A stretch of 64,000 nt of DNA from Phoronis australis (lineage: Eukaryota > Animalia > Phoronida): contig NMRA01000017.1 in the NCBI GenBank assembly GCA_002633005.1, positions 206,260-270,259 on the forward strand, read 5' to 3'. Every line of letters starts with the position of its first letter. The first letter of the stretch is position 1. A model generated the notes under the pieces. It did no database searches. It saw only the letters and a list, made by a program, of their open reading frames with translations, and was not told the origin of the DNA. Position numbers and translations under genes: made by a program. Shown one piece after another: positions 42,201 through 50,468 of this stretch.

Positions 42201-43509
42201 CCGTGACACATGGTCAAACTGTCCTGACAGCCTTTGAAGGACACTAAGCTGCGTGCAGCCTTCCAACAAGAGAACTCTGGTGTGCTGTGCAAAACTTAGC
42301 TGTTTGTCCAAAGTGACAACCAGCAACACCACAGTGTCTTCAGAGGATATGATGTCACCTCCGATACAGAATCTAGTGGCACTGCTGCCACTTAACATAA
42401 TGCCTTAATTAATGGCCTGAAACTTCGATGAATTGGCCTCCATTAAAATCATAACAACAGTCCCACTCCAGTCTATTGCAAATGCCTTAACAACAGAGTC
42501 CTTTGTATCTCAGGCTGCAACGTGCCTCTGGTATCCATGGTTTTTTGTATCTGAGGATGTAACGTGCCTCTGGTATCCGTGAAAGGTCAGCCTTTGCATA
42601 TCAAATACAACGCTAAGGTTTCGACCAAATGTGAAAATGGCCGGGATACTACATTTTAAACACCTTCTGTTGTAGAGCGTAAGAAAGCTGATTCAGCGAC
42701 ACCACTTGGAGATGCGTTCCCGCGTGAGAACCAATGAGGTAAATGACACAGCTCATTGGTGAGAACAACGAAATACGTTAACACGCAAGATCAAGGAATA
42801 CTTCGCGAGATATTGCAGTGCATTGCAACTGAACCGCGTGATCCCGGGGTCGAATATTTTTACTCAAAATCGAACTCAAAATCATTTTTAATATTTTCAG
42901 TTTTCAACTTTTACACGAACTCTAGATTCTGTAATCTTTTTTGCACTTGATGACTACGCATTCACGTATAAGTAACGTCAATAGCTGTTAGGTGCATTTC
43001 GACTTTAATTTAACCTTGAGTTATTGACTGTTAAAATTTCTCGTTCACAGTTTGAATTTTCAATATTTCATTCAGTATGTCAGGCTTCAACATTCAAATT
43101 CAGGCTGAAAATTGAAACTGGCCGGGATTCTGCACACGGCCGGATTGCAAGGACTCAGTGCCATTCCACCACTGTGGTTTCTGCGCATCACCATCGGTGC
43201 TTAGATCACGTGTAGCAAAACGTAGCCTAGTACTTTATTTTGAAAACCACTTCAGTACCGCCGTGCCGTGGAGCTATGCAGACGTTAAGGGTAAACGGAG
43301 GTATAGTGCGCTTTTACTGACTCATGCGTAAACATTGCCCGGACATTTTTTGTAGCCTAGTCCGTCTCAGTAATTATTAAGTACTGCTTTCAACCCTTCC
43401 GAAGATTTCCTCAGGCTCAACATTTCATACCTCTGTAGGATAATTTGATTATCCTATCGTGTCGTCCCTTGACATTCTCAAGTTTGTAAAGGTTAAATAA
43501 CAAGGCCAT
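2865..43509 (-). CDS. OTOF: Otoferlin-like type-2 ferlin (C2A-C2B-FerI-C2C-FerA-FerB-C2D-next C2), 28 coding exons in window, 3' end outside window
   Basis: Exons join in frame with AG/GT sites to give about 1,332 aa. N-terminus [27 protein letters not shown] resembles otoferlin [27 protein letters not shown]. Ferlin hallmarks: [81 protein letters not shown]. No DysF between FerB and C2D. The symbol means otoferlin-like; exact orthology within type-2 ferlins is untested. Confidence 0.93.
3415..3659. mobile_element. Small MITE-like element with cttaag-rich body (second copy about 5195-5444)
   Basis: Imperfect terminal inverted repeats c(c)aggatcccattcc ... ggaacgggtcccag. Confidence 0.45.
3882..4799. 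mobile_element. Kolobok-type element, left part (duplicate of 5668-6560), broken at N4800
   Basis: TTAA|AGGAGCATGCCACC terminus; near-identical to the start of the 5668 element. Confidence 0.7.
4801..5162. mobile_element. Right end of a Kolobok-type element of the 46735-48043 family
   Basis: About 300 bp collinear with 47750-48043; ends ggttgccttcacct|TTAA. Confidence 0.8.
5668..7309 (-). mobile_element. Kolobok-type DNA transposon (non-autonomous, 1.64 kb) with decayed THAP ORF
   Basis: TTAA at 5664-5667 and 7310-7313; TIRs AGGAGCATGCCA / TGGCATTCTCCT (RR..YY termini); THAP remnant inside. Confidence 0.8.
6862..7145 (-). pseudogene. Decayed THAP zinc-finger ORF inside the Kolobok element
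   Basis: VPACPN...IAFFRLP...[13 protein letters not shown] matches the THAP C2CH pattern; the first Cys is lost and the frame is disrupted. Confidence 0.75.
7519..7651 (-). CDS. OTOF: Ferlin exon 27
   Basis: [44 protein letters not shown]|gtaaaa. Confidence 0.9.
7809..7970 (-). CDS. OTOF: Ferlin exon 26 (C2 domain after C2D)
   Basis: ctgtag|[38 protein letters not shown]...MDV|gtgagt; 162 nt. Confidence 0.93.
7955..8260. repeat. ~67-bp tandem repeat x4.5 overlapping the acceptor of ferlin exon 26
   Basis: acaccccagaaca.gacctacagagacacatagtgaac recurs at about 7955, 8021, 8090, 8158 and 8224. Confidence 0.92.
8588..10126. mobile_element. Non-autonomous Helentron-associated (HINE/DINE-1/pearl-like) element with internal tandem cores
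   Basis: aaacaagagc head; repeated aaa..gccactag.tggcgc modules; cagacggacgg microsatellite; 3' hairpin ccacatat-aa-atatgtgg; a similar head at about 26537. Confidence 0.6.
8992..9242. mobile_element. CA..TG MITE with 5-bp TSD nested in the HINE-like element
   Basis: TIR catgcgcacccag / ctgggtgcgcccatg; TSD cagta on both sides. Confidence 0.75.
10178..10312 (-). CDS. OTOF: Ferlin exon 25
   Basis: attaag|[17 protein letters not shown]...[17 protein letters not shown]|gtaagt (cf. ferlin PxxIRPxLxxYRxE). Confidence 0.85.
10554..10865. repeat. ~310-bp foldback element with Penelope-like hammerhead-related arms
   Basis: Imperfect inverted arms of about 140 bp; each carries gacaaagagc-loop-g(c/t)tcgaaacgt. 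Confidence 0.7.
11738..11890 (-). CDS. OTOF: Ferlin exon 24 (C2D end)
   Basis: [15 protein letters not shown]...[12 protein letters not shown]|gtggaa. Confidence 0.93.
11979..12043. repeat. 22-bp tandem repeat x3
   Basis: tgtgagatcagtttactactaa. Confidence 0.9.
12630..12734. repeat. 11-bp tandem repeat (ccaatagttac) x~9
   Basis: Visible array. Confidence 0.95.
14155..14235 (-). CDS. OTOF: Ferlin exon 23 (C2D)
   Basis: ttatag|[27 protein letters not shown]|gtgagt. Confidence 0.9.
14360..14642. repeat. ~31-bp G-rich minisatellite running into the assembly gap (N 14494-14642)
   Basis: ttgaagggggaggagctgtggagcttgaggt repeats followed by Ns. Confidence 0.9.
14952..15130 (-). CDS. OTOF: Ferlin exon 22 (C2D)
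   Basis: [31 protein letters not shown]...[14 protein letters not shown]|gtcggt. Confidence 0.92.
15644..15839 (-). CDS. OTOF: Ferlin exon 21 (FerB end)
   Basis: [26 protein letters not shown]...PPLQLVYS|gtagga. Confidence 0.92.
17192..17420. repeat. 34-bp minisatellite x~6
   Basis: caacattgctccctcaaggtccatatgaccagta. Confidence 0.92.
17773..17925 (-). CDS. OTOF: Ferlin exon 20 (FerB)
   Basis: [32 protein letters not shown]...[10 protein letters not shown]|gtgaga. Confidence 0.94.
18018..20059. repeat. ~855-bp direct duplication (18018-18871 vs 19205-20059) across N19204
   Basis: Near-identical copies with scattered substitutions; the second starts exactly after the N. Confidence 0.9.
18953..19203. 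repeat. ~84-bp near-perfect inverted repeat with an ~80-bp spacer
   Basis: aattatacagttagacgaacttacc...agagtgctaacatg is the reverse complement of catgttagcactct...ctgtataatt. Confidence 0.9.
20389..20505 (-). CDS. OTOF: Ferlin exon 19 (FerA end)
   Basis: ttgtag|[39 protein letters not shown]|gtttgc; 117 nt. Confidence 0.87.
22509..22712 (-). CDS. OTOF: Ferlin exon 18 (FerA)
   Basis: [11 protein letters not shown]...[15 protein letters not shown]|gtgagc. Confidence 0.9.
23490..24056. repeat. 23-bp/21-bp minisatellite (ggtatcactgacgggtacacat[g/a])
   Basis: Visible array, with a run of 21-bp variants at about 23897-24020. Confidence 0.96.
24146..24266 (-). CDS. OTOF: Ferlin exon 17 (into FerA)
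   Basis: [40 protein letters not shown]|gtaaga. Confidence 0.92.
25322..25496 (-). CDS. OTOF: Ferlin exon 16
   Basis: GNFGNQMDG...[13 protein letters not shown]|gtaggc. Confidence 0.88.
25822..25930 (-). CDS. OTOF: Ferlin exon 15
   Basis: [36 protein letters not shown]|gtaagc; 109 nt. Confidence 0.9.
26001..26501. mobile_element. hAT-like MITE with 6-bp TSD
   Basis: TIR CAGGGCTTGGAAT / ATTCCAAGCCCTG; cttaat on both sides; subterminal gcggaaa repeats. Confidence 0.8.
26886..27097 (-). CDS. OTOF: Ferlin exon 14
   Basis: [20 protein letters not shown]...[18 protein letters not shown]...|gtgagt. Confidence 0.93.
27497..28158. mobile_element. Non-autonomous TIR element (PIF/Harbinger-like) hosting a nested MITE
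   Basis: TTAA at both ends; imperfect TIR agtcccctcacacacag / ctgtgtggatggcact; perfect 20-bp subterminal IR tagtgcaacttaccccactt. Confidence 0.6.
27666..27915. mobile_element. Shorter member of the 26001 hAT-like MITE family
   Basis: cagggcctggaatgaccaatgacaaaaaa ... aattccatgccctg; flanks aaaaga/aaatga. Confidence 0.75.
28236..28425 (-). CDS. OTOF: Ferlin exon 13 (C2C)
   Basis: [37 protein letters not shown]...DDVIATHFI. Confidence 0.92.
28499..29782. mobile_element. Probable non-autonomous Kolobok-type element (~1.3 kb)
   Basis: TTAA|ggatacgtgtac ... gtacacctaacct|TTAA imperfect TIRs. Confidence 0.5.
30171..30357 (-). CDS. OTOF: Ferlin exon 12 (FerI/C2C)
   Basis: NLMMPKEI...[15 protein letters not shown]...[13 protein letters not shown]|gtaagt. 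Confidence 0.92.
31050..31206 (-). CDS. OTOF: Ferlin exon 11 (C2B/FerI)
   Basis: [28 protein letters not shown]...DDFE|gtatgc. Confidence 0.9.
31261..31609. repeat. ~350-bp foldback element with Penelope-type hammerhead motifs in both arms
   Basis: Inverted arms of about 135 bp; see the ribozyme feature. Confidence 0.85.
31288..31326 (-). ncRNA. Minimal (Penelope-type) hammerhead ribozyme motif
   Basis: Minus strand CUGAUGA-U-GUCUA-augaa-UAGAC-GAAA-CGUC: core intact, 5-bp stem II, palindromic ACGU stem III; stem I weak. Confidence 0.55.
32859..32973 (-). CDS. OTOF: Ferlin exon 10 (C2B)
   Basis: tttcag|VLNSNKVM...[15 protein letters not shown]|gtagtc. Confidence 0.88.
33221..33324. repeat. 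34-bp tandem repeat x3
   Basis: tattcacattgg.gtgacattttggt.ggt.ata. Confidence 0.85.
33757..33819 (-). CDS. OTOF: Ferlin exon 9 (C2B)
   Basis: ttgcag|[21 protein letters not shown]|gtaagt; 63 nt. Confidence 0.9.
34909..35095 (-). CDS. OTOF: Ferlin exon 8 (C2B)
   Basis: [47 protein letters not shown]|gtgagt. Confidence 0.9.
36042..36099 (-). CDS. OTOF: Ferlin exon 7 (linker)
   Basis: ttttag|[19 protein letters not shown]|gtgagt; phases 1 and 2 fit the neighbours. Confidence 0.68.
37097..37142 (+). ncRNA. Minimal type-I hammerhead ribozyme motif
   Basis: cuu-CUGAAGA-U-GGU...ACC-GAAA-CACGUC-aag: core intact, short stems I (cuu/aag) and II (GGU/ACC). Confidence 0.5.
37485..37528 (-). CDS. OTOF: Ferlin exon 6 (linker)
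   Basis: ttttag|[14 protein letters not shown]|gtaagt; phases fit the neighbours; poorly conserved linker. Confidence 0.65.
37889..38043 (-). CDS. OTOF: Ferlin exon 5 (C2A end/linker)
   Basis: ctttag|[23 protein letters not shown]...WDDTY|gtaata. Confidence 0.87.
38439..38538 (-). CDS. OTOF: Ferlin exon 4 (C2A)
   Basis: ttctag|[33 protein letters not shown]|gtatgt; 100 nt. Confidence 0.9.
38938..39026 (-). CDS. OTOF: Ferlin exon 3 (C2A)
   Basis: ctgcag|[29 protein letters not shown]|gtaatt; 89 nt. Confidence 0.9.
39557..39615 (-). CDS. OTOF: Ferlin exon 2 (C2A)
   Basis: ctgcag|[19 protein letters not shown]|gtaatc; 59 nt. Confidence 0.88.
41640..42480 (-). mobile_element. 5'-truncated, frameshifted LINE (CR1/L2-like) 3' fragment
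   Basis: RT-thumb-like [19 protein letters not shown]; [18 protein letters not shown]; [14 protein letters not shown]; followed by a Cys-rich end and a (TG)n tail. Confidence 0.82.
43431..43509 (-). CDS. OTOF: Ferlin coding exon 1 (C2A start; the exon includes 5'UTR back to an acceptor at 43585)
   Basis: [30 protein letters not shown]|gtatga; 79 nt; in-frame TGA upstream. Confidence 0.9.
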
Positions 43510-44329
43510 TCTTGTCTTCGATGGGCAATCGTCTACGGTAGCTCTCCAGGGTCTCTCAAATCTTCAACCTCGTGTCGGTAAAAACCTGAAATGAACAATA
43601 AAACTCTTACTAATACATGTCATAAACGTGCAGAGGTTTGGTGATGCCCGGGGCGATTTTTGTTGGATGTCCCTCTGCTCAAACTGCATGGATCCTAGCA
43701 CTATGAAAAGTAAACAAAATGAAACATGAAGTAGAAATTTTATTCAATTTAAGTACAAATCAGTCACAATTTCAAAAAGTTTATTTATTGATTTGATGCC
43801 CCGTGATGTGGATACCCGAGGCCGTCGTCCCGTCATTACGGTTTATTATATTGTCAGTCCCCGGTTGCTCTCAGTAACATAGCGGTCAGTACCGGTAACT
43901 TAGCTGGCCGCAAACAGAGGCGATGGGCCTCGCCAGCATTTGTAACTTTGGGGTGCGAGGTTTGTGGTTTCAACTTAGAATAAGTGAAGAAATCAACCAC
44001 ATATCTCCACTAGCCATAAGGCAATAAAAGCTATTTCTAAATTTTTTAAATCTGTGCAAATGACATGAAATCCGTGTTGTAATCATGATTTATTTTACAA
44101 TAGTGTATTGGTTTTGACAGTATTATTGATGTTATTTTATTACCAGATCGTTGATGTTTATATTAACTTGTTTTGGCTTTATGTTGAGTCAGTGACCCAT
44201 CCGCTGCATCCACGCACGATTTTTTTTTTGGTGAATTCTATAGTAAACTAGATTATGTCATGGTCATTCAGACAATGATTGCCTTGAGACAGCTGACCAT
44301 CACCATGATGGCAAACACAATAGGGTAAT

Positions 44330-44586
44330 TCTTATGTGAAAGTTCCTAGAGTTCTTTACTCCCATTTCCTGTAGAATCTTGAATCATGAATCATGCAGCC
44401 CACACAAGTGGGCCCATTGTACTAATCACCTGGAAATATTTTTATGCTTTATTAATATATGGTTAAAACCGAGCTGAGGAGCTAGAAACCTGGCTCAAGG
44501 GTTTGGCAGTGTGACCTGGTGGGACTCGAACCCACGACCTCGAGTAAAGAAAGCGGGCACTTATCAACCAGGCCACACTGCCTCCT
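44330..44586 (-). mobile_element. tRNA-derived SINE
   Basis: Minus-strand A-box-like TGGCCTGGTTGAT and B-box GGGTTCGAGTCCC at 44520-44575; no intact cloverleaf; 3' extent approximate. Confidence 0.6.
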
Positions 44587-45720
44587 CATTTTTGGTTGAT
44601 TCCTACTTTTACCTTTCGCCAACGATACATTTGCGTGTGACAGAACGAGGATTGTTGGAAATCATCAAAACAGGGTTCAGCATCTTTTAAGTACTACCAA
44701 AATTGTAAGACTGTTTCTCAGAGACATACCTGCCGTATACCTCGTACTTATATACATTCATACCGTTATACGTAGCACCAATCAAGATTAAAAGTAGAAG
44801 CGGACAGACACGAGCTACGTTTGATCTGGGAATTATAGCGTTTCGTGTTTATGAGAGCTCAGGTCACGTCTCATGGGAGAAGTTCAGTGAAAACACCCGA
44901 CTAAAAAATCCTGCACACACCTGTAAGGGCTCCCGATGTCTATACGTTTGTTTATGGAAAAAGAGTAAAAAAAAATAAGTACGCCCCGCATGAGCAAATG
45001 TGGCTGTATGAATTGGTTGTAAATGCATTTTGGGTCCGAGGCCTTTGATTTAAGATAAACGTAAGTACATCACATAGGCTTACATGTACATGCACGCACA
45101 CACATGCACAAACGCGCACACGATATACGCATATGTATACATATAAGTATACATTGATTCTTTTGCTGAGGTGATAAGCAAAACTGGTACTTGGTCTCGC
45201 ACCAAACCAGTGCTCGATCTCGCATCCAGCCTCTGTTAGCAGGGGCGAACAAGTCCGCAAAACATCCAAGCTACCTCCCTAGGCCAAGTGGGTCATTTTG
45301 AATTATGTAATGTCTCCTGGGTCATTTTCACATCTTCAAAAGCATTATGTTGGGCTTCGCGAGTACCTTGTGCTTCGTTCTCTTACGCAAGAGTAAGTTC
45401 CCTTTCAAGGAACCTAGACCTATCCCACTGAGGGACGGGGTCAAGCTAATATTCTACTCATCTCATATAGTGAAAAAACGGATTAGCCTATTTGTCTCAG
45501 GAGATAACTTGGCACTGCTGTTTGTTTGTGTTTTTCGACAATTTAGGTGTCGCTTATTTCTCAAATTTTCTGTATTTTTGTGTAATATATTCTCCAGACT
45601 ATAGTACAAATAGAGCCGCAGCCTGGGTCATTGGGTGAGAGATTAAACCAGCACTGAGAATGAACTTGCAAGTCATGACGTTAGGGGTCCTGAGAAACTT
45701 TCTTAAGGAATTGGTCTTAC

Positions 45721-45840
45721 CTTGCCTGTTTACGACGATTTCCGCCGCATACTTGAATTCTTGGCATTATCTTCAGTTCGAATGAGAGTCGTTCCTGACC
45801 ACTAAAAGTGCTGCCCCTCGACTGAATACCGCTGCTACAT
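45721..45840 (-). other. Candidate non-coding first (5'UTR) exon of the ferlin gene
   Basis: Strong donor AAG|gtaaga at 45720 upstream of the acceptor at 43586; CpG-richer island; 5' boundary approximate. Confidence 0.45.
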
Positions 45841-46734
45841 TTACGTGTAAAGAGCGAACAATGAAAGGCATGGGTTGAAAGATATATCAAATGCGTTTTG
45901 TCATCATTTGAATAGAATGTACTGAAACGTGATTGCGTAATATTTGTACGCTGGAGGGGCAGATAGTTTGCAATAAGTAAATAACCAAAAAGTAAAACTT
46001 TATTTCAAATCAGTATGGTGAAAAACAAATAAACATTACCATACGCAAGTGAACCGACAAGGAATTAGACATATACAAAAATTAAAAGAGAATATAAAAA
46101 AGACAGAATGGTATTAAACTTTATGATTATACAGACCCAACAAAACAGGATGACATACGCCATGATATTGAAAATAAAAGCAAATTGTTTCCCAGGAGTA
46201 TTAGGAAGTTTGCTCGTCGTTTGGCACCTTGGTATCAAACAGAATTGAAATCACTAGAGAAAGTGTGGAAGCGAGTAATAACTTAGTGACACCGTACGTG
46301 TATAGTATGGACAGAGGAAAGGGCAAATATTATTTAAAAGTAAAAGCGCTACTTTGTAAATTCAATGCTGTTTAATAATTCAATCCTAATTAAAGAGGCA
46401 TGGAAAGCGAAAAACAGACTAAATTGCATTATTCAAAGTCGCTCTTTGACGCTGAGACAAAAATCAACGTGTTCACCAGATATTTTTTCGGTGTGCTCGT
46501 AAACATTTTGGCTTTCTGTTGATGTCAAAGCATTTTTCTTTTAGTTTCAAATTTCAAATAACTGTCTGTCAACTGCTCGACATTTCGTTGATTTTTCCCC
46601 ACAAGACAAAGCACTTCTGCTTATTTGGTCAGCAAGGCATAGACGTAGCACTGCATGTCCCTTGTACGTAAAATGTAACCCTTGGCCTTTGGTTTAAACG
46701 AAATAATGGCGACTGCAAACAGCAGCCCGATTAA

Positions 46735-48043
46735 AGGCGAAGACAAGCTTTTTTCATGTCATTTTTAGCAAAAAGAAAGTTCTTTGATTATCCCAGACAT
46801 ATTTTTAATTAATTACAGCTTTTCGTAATTTGATTAATTTCTCGTCCTCTACTCCGAAAGTGACGTTTTGGGAGGCAAGAGTTTCGCGCCAATTTCTTTT
46901 CATTATATTCTGATTGTGAGAACTGTCGAGTCAGTCATTGTTCTACCTCGTTTGTGATAAGTTCGGTAGTCGTTTGCTTTTGTTTACAAGTCAGTCAACA
47001 TGCCACGCTGTTGCTGCGTGCCGGGATGTACTCATTATCGTCTCACGCGCGCTTTGGGTACCTTGCGTCGCTTTCCGAAGGATGACACACTTCGCCGTAC
47101 TTGGCTAGCAGCGCTACCCGTCCACGCAACGTACAAAGTAATGGAGGTTTACCAAGTGTGTGGCAAGCATTTTCTGCCGTCAGATTATGACAGATATGTA
47201 CGCTGAATTGATGAAGGTCCCTGCGAAACAACGCCTGAAGAAGGGTACCATACCGTCGCTGTTGATTACCGGCAGAGCCCCGTCTCCAACCCCGAGAAGT
47301 GCGTTTTTGACGCGAGAAGCCTCGCTAGCTGTAGCCAGTATATACAGTGACTGGAGGCGCTTCATCTACTGTCACTCGTGCCTCCGAACATACCTCATTG
47401 CGTGCAATTCCGGGAACTAGCAGTGATTTGCCCTGTGCTGTTGTCTCTAGCTCAGAGCCTGTAAGCAGCCCTGCAGCGATGTTGAGTAGTGTGAGTGAAT
47501 ACAGGCCCAGTTCAACACCCAGTGAAGAGGACAGCTCGTCATCCAATGAACAGATCGGTGAGCCTAACTTGATAAGCTTATCGTGGACTTTTATTGGAGC
47601 TATTTGGAAGGTGCCAGGTGTGTGGCGAGGGAGTCATACGGCTGGATGTAAGCAGTTTGGGTGCTCAGATCACCCTCCAGTGGGAGTGTGTCGCGGGACA
47701 CTCGGGCAAGTGGGACAGTTCTTCCTCTGTACGTGAGACGATAATGAGTACACCCCAGTAAGCAGCAACAGCGTGGCATGTTGACTGACTCGTAAGCAAA
47801 AGCAAACGACGACCGAACTTTTCACCAGCGAGGTAGAACAATGACTGACTCGACTGCTCTCTCAGTCAGACTATATGAAAAGAAATTGGCGCGAAATTCT
47901 TGCCTCCCAAAACGTCACTTCCGGAGTAGACGACGAGTAATTGATTAAATTACGAAAAGCAGTAAATAAGTGAAAAATATGTTTGGGATAATCAACGAAC
48001 CTTATTTTTGCTAAAAATGACATGAAAAAGGTTGCCTTCGCCT
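46735..48043 (+). mobile_element. Kolobok-type DNA transposon (1.31 kb) with long TIRs and a frameshifted THAP ORF
   Basis: TTAA|AGGCGAAG ... CTTCGCCT|TTAA; imperfect inverted repeats of about 260 bp (46735-46998 vs 47778-48043). Confidence 0.88.
47000..47560 (+). pseudogene. THAP-domain transposase N-terminus, frameshifted and truncated
   Basis: MPRCCCVPGC...RRFPKD..LRRTW...QVCGKHFLPSDY; after a frameshift, RLKKGTIPSL (AVPTIF-like box), then a Ser-rich linker; no DDE domain seen. Confidence 0.85.
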
Positions 48044-48084
48044 TTAAGAGACAACTGATGTTACAAACGTGTCGCAGTATTCAA

Positions 48085-50076
48085 ATCGGCTAAATCACAA
48101 TCAAGGTCCATATTCGAGAGTTGACTGTGTTACGATCTAAAATAAATTTGTTTGGTCATTTACCAAATGCCAACTGAATCTCATATGCAAAGAGTTATTT
48201 AGTTGTGCAAATTAAAAAAGAATCATCAAAATCGGACAATGTTTGATAAATTTATGCATGTTTTTGTCTATGAATTTCATTCATTGTTAGCGTTACGAGT
48301 GGCCATTTTCAAAATTACAATTTTCAACTGTCAACAATAGAAAAGAAATTTATTTTATTAAGTAAGCAATTGCTTTGATATGACTGGGAATAACTTGAAG
48401 AGTTACTTTCAGAAACACTTAGATGAAGTTCTGCTTAATCATTGAGAAATGGTAGGGTTCATCATAAAACAGGCTCTCGCTACGAAAGTTGTAAATTGTG
48501 TGTTTCTAACCCTCACTTACTGTAAAGAAGGTTAAAACCTAAAGTTCATGCTCTGTAATAAAAAGAACTGCAGAATATGTTAGCCCAGGCAACACAGCAA
48601 ATTATTCAATATCTAAACAAACCAAAAGTTTGGGTATTGACTGGGTTCTGCTATGTTGAAAATGGGCCAAAAAGGCTAACAAAATGTAGTGTACGTACCC
48701 TCATGTTTTAATTTGTGCCTATTTTCAAAGTATGGCAGATATGCACATGAATGTTGTGCTTTTTATTTTTTCTCTTTGAATTGATTTAGTAAATCAACTA
48801 ACTCTCAATAGATTCTTGGTATTTAGTTACAAACCTCACATGTCATTGAAATGTAGTGTACGTACCCCGATGTGAACAAATACCATGAAACAAAAATATT
48901 ACACAGTAAGTATGCAACATTTGTCACAGACAGTTTCCTCCATTAAAAATGCTAGGTTAAAAGGCTATTAATTACAAATGCATTTGTTTTGAGTGAAATA
49001 TTAGCATTTGTGTAGTGTACGTACCCCTATATTTTCAAAGAATGGCAGACAGATATACACATTTATGCTGTATGTTTTATTTGTTCTCTTTGAATAGATT
49101 TGGTAAATGAACTAACTCTCAGTAGATTCTAAGTATTTTTTATAAACTTGACAAGTCATTGAAATGTAGTGTACCTACCCCTGTGTAGTGTACGTACCTT
49201 CAACCTTTGCGCTATAAAGTATTGCCCACAAGTATTTTTACATAATACTGTTCTCATGAACAATAGAATGCATCCAGTCTGACAAAAAATGCACATTATT
49301 AAATTTGTGTACAATAAAATACCACATAGGACTTGGCTAGTAACATCCTAGAAGACATGTCATGTGACAACTGATGCTGCAGAGACGGGTTCTCTATCTC
49401 TCAAGACAACTTGCAACAAAACAACTAGAAGAGGCCGCACACAACTCGAGATCATCCCATATATATGCAACTTATTTATAATTTGACGTTGATTCACTTG
49501 CGTAGTGTACGTACCCCCCAAACAGTACCATTTTTTACTGTTTACAAGTTGAACACTGGGCCTAGCATTGCTTTGACTATTTTGACCAACTGGTGAATGT
49601 GTTGAAAACAGGCAAATAGCACCAATAAAGTTTTTGTAAAAAGTAATTACTTGTCATTTTCTTTTTGTAAGAATCAGATTGCAAGAGAAGAAGTTCTCAT
49701 TATACTGTGTTAAGATATGCAATGTATCATCATCTAGAACAACTTGATCAGCACGGTAATAACTTTTCTTACTTAAGTATGTGATACTTCTTCAATTTGA
49801 TCAAGAACTTATTTAATTAACAGCTACCTTATGAATTTTTGCATGATAGAAGTGGGCTGTGACCACAAGTTGTAGTGTACCAACCCTAATTTTATACAAC
49901 TGCGATGCATTAGGCCATAAAATTTTATTCAGTGGTTCTTGTGCAAAAATACTTTAGATTACAAACCTGGAATGATGGTACTTTAAAATAACCCAGCTTT
50001 AACAGTTGTATGACAACCTTCATTTTTCACCAAAAGTGGCCACCGAATATGGACCTTGATTGTGATTTACCCGAAT
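48085..50076. mobile_element. ~2-kb putative non-autonomous element with a terminal-region IR and periodic internal motif
   Basis: taaatcacaatcaaggtccatattcg (about 48091) inverted at about 50044; gtagtgtac(g)taccc occurs 7 times between 48687 and 49887. Confidence 0.55.
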
Positions 50077-50201
50077 ATATTTTAAAAATGCACTTGGCCT
50101 TTCTCTTTGGGAAATTCCTTGCTTCACTGGCTTGCCTCATCCTGTGGTGTCGACAATCTGCTGTTATATCCTTCTTGTCACTCAGCTGTTTGTCGAATGA
50201 G

Positions 50202-50468
50202 CATGCGCGCACCCAGCCTCTAGTTTGGGGGGCTCGAATTTCTAACCAAGTGGACCTTTTGCTAACAGAAAAGCTGGAGGACTAACAAAACAAAGAACGG
50301 GGTACCACCTTCAGAACTGTGAACTGTGCGTCTGCGCTTTTTTAGTGGACTTTTGTCTCGTTTCCACGGTCTTTTTGTTTCTCTGAGGCAGACCTTTTTG
50401 CCCACTTCGCCAAATGGGGGAAGGGCTCCTTCGAGCACCCCGAGCCCCCCCCCCCGGGTGCGCACATA
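50202..50468. mobile_element. CA..TG-type MITE with 5-bp TSD (related to 8992-9242)
   Basis: catgcgcgcaccc / gggtgcgcacata; TSD atgag on both sides. Confidence 0.72.

Noticed and set aside
44510-44585. tRNA gene
   Set aside because: A B-box is present, but the acceptor and anticodon stems do not form; treated as a SINE head.
48680-49890. CRISPR-like repeat-spacer array
   Set aside because: Eukaryotic context, 16-bp repeat, long irregular spacers that are similar to each other, and no cas genes.
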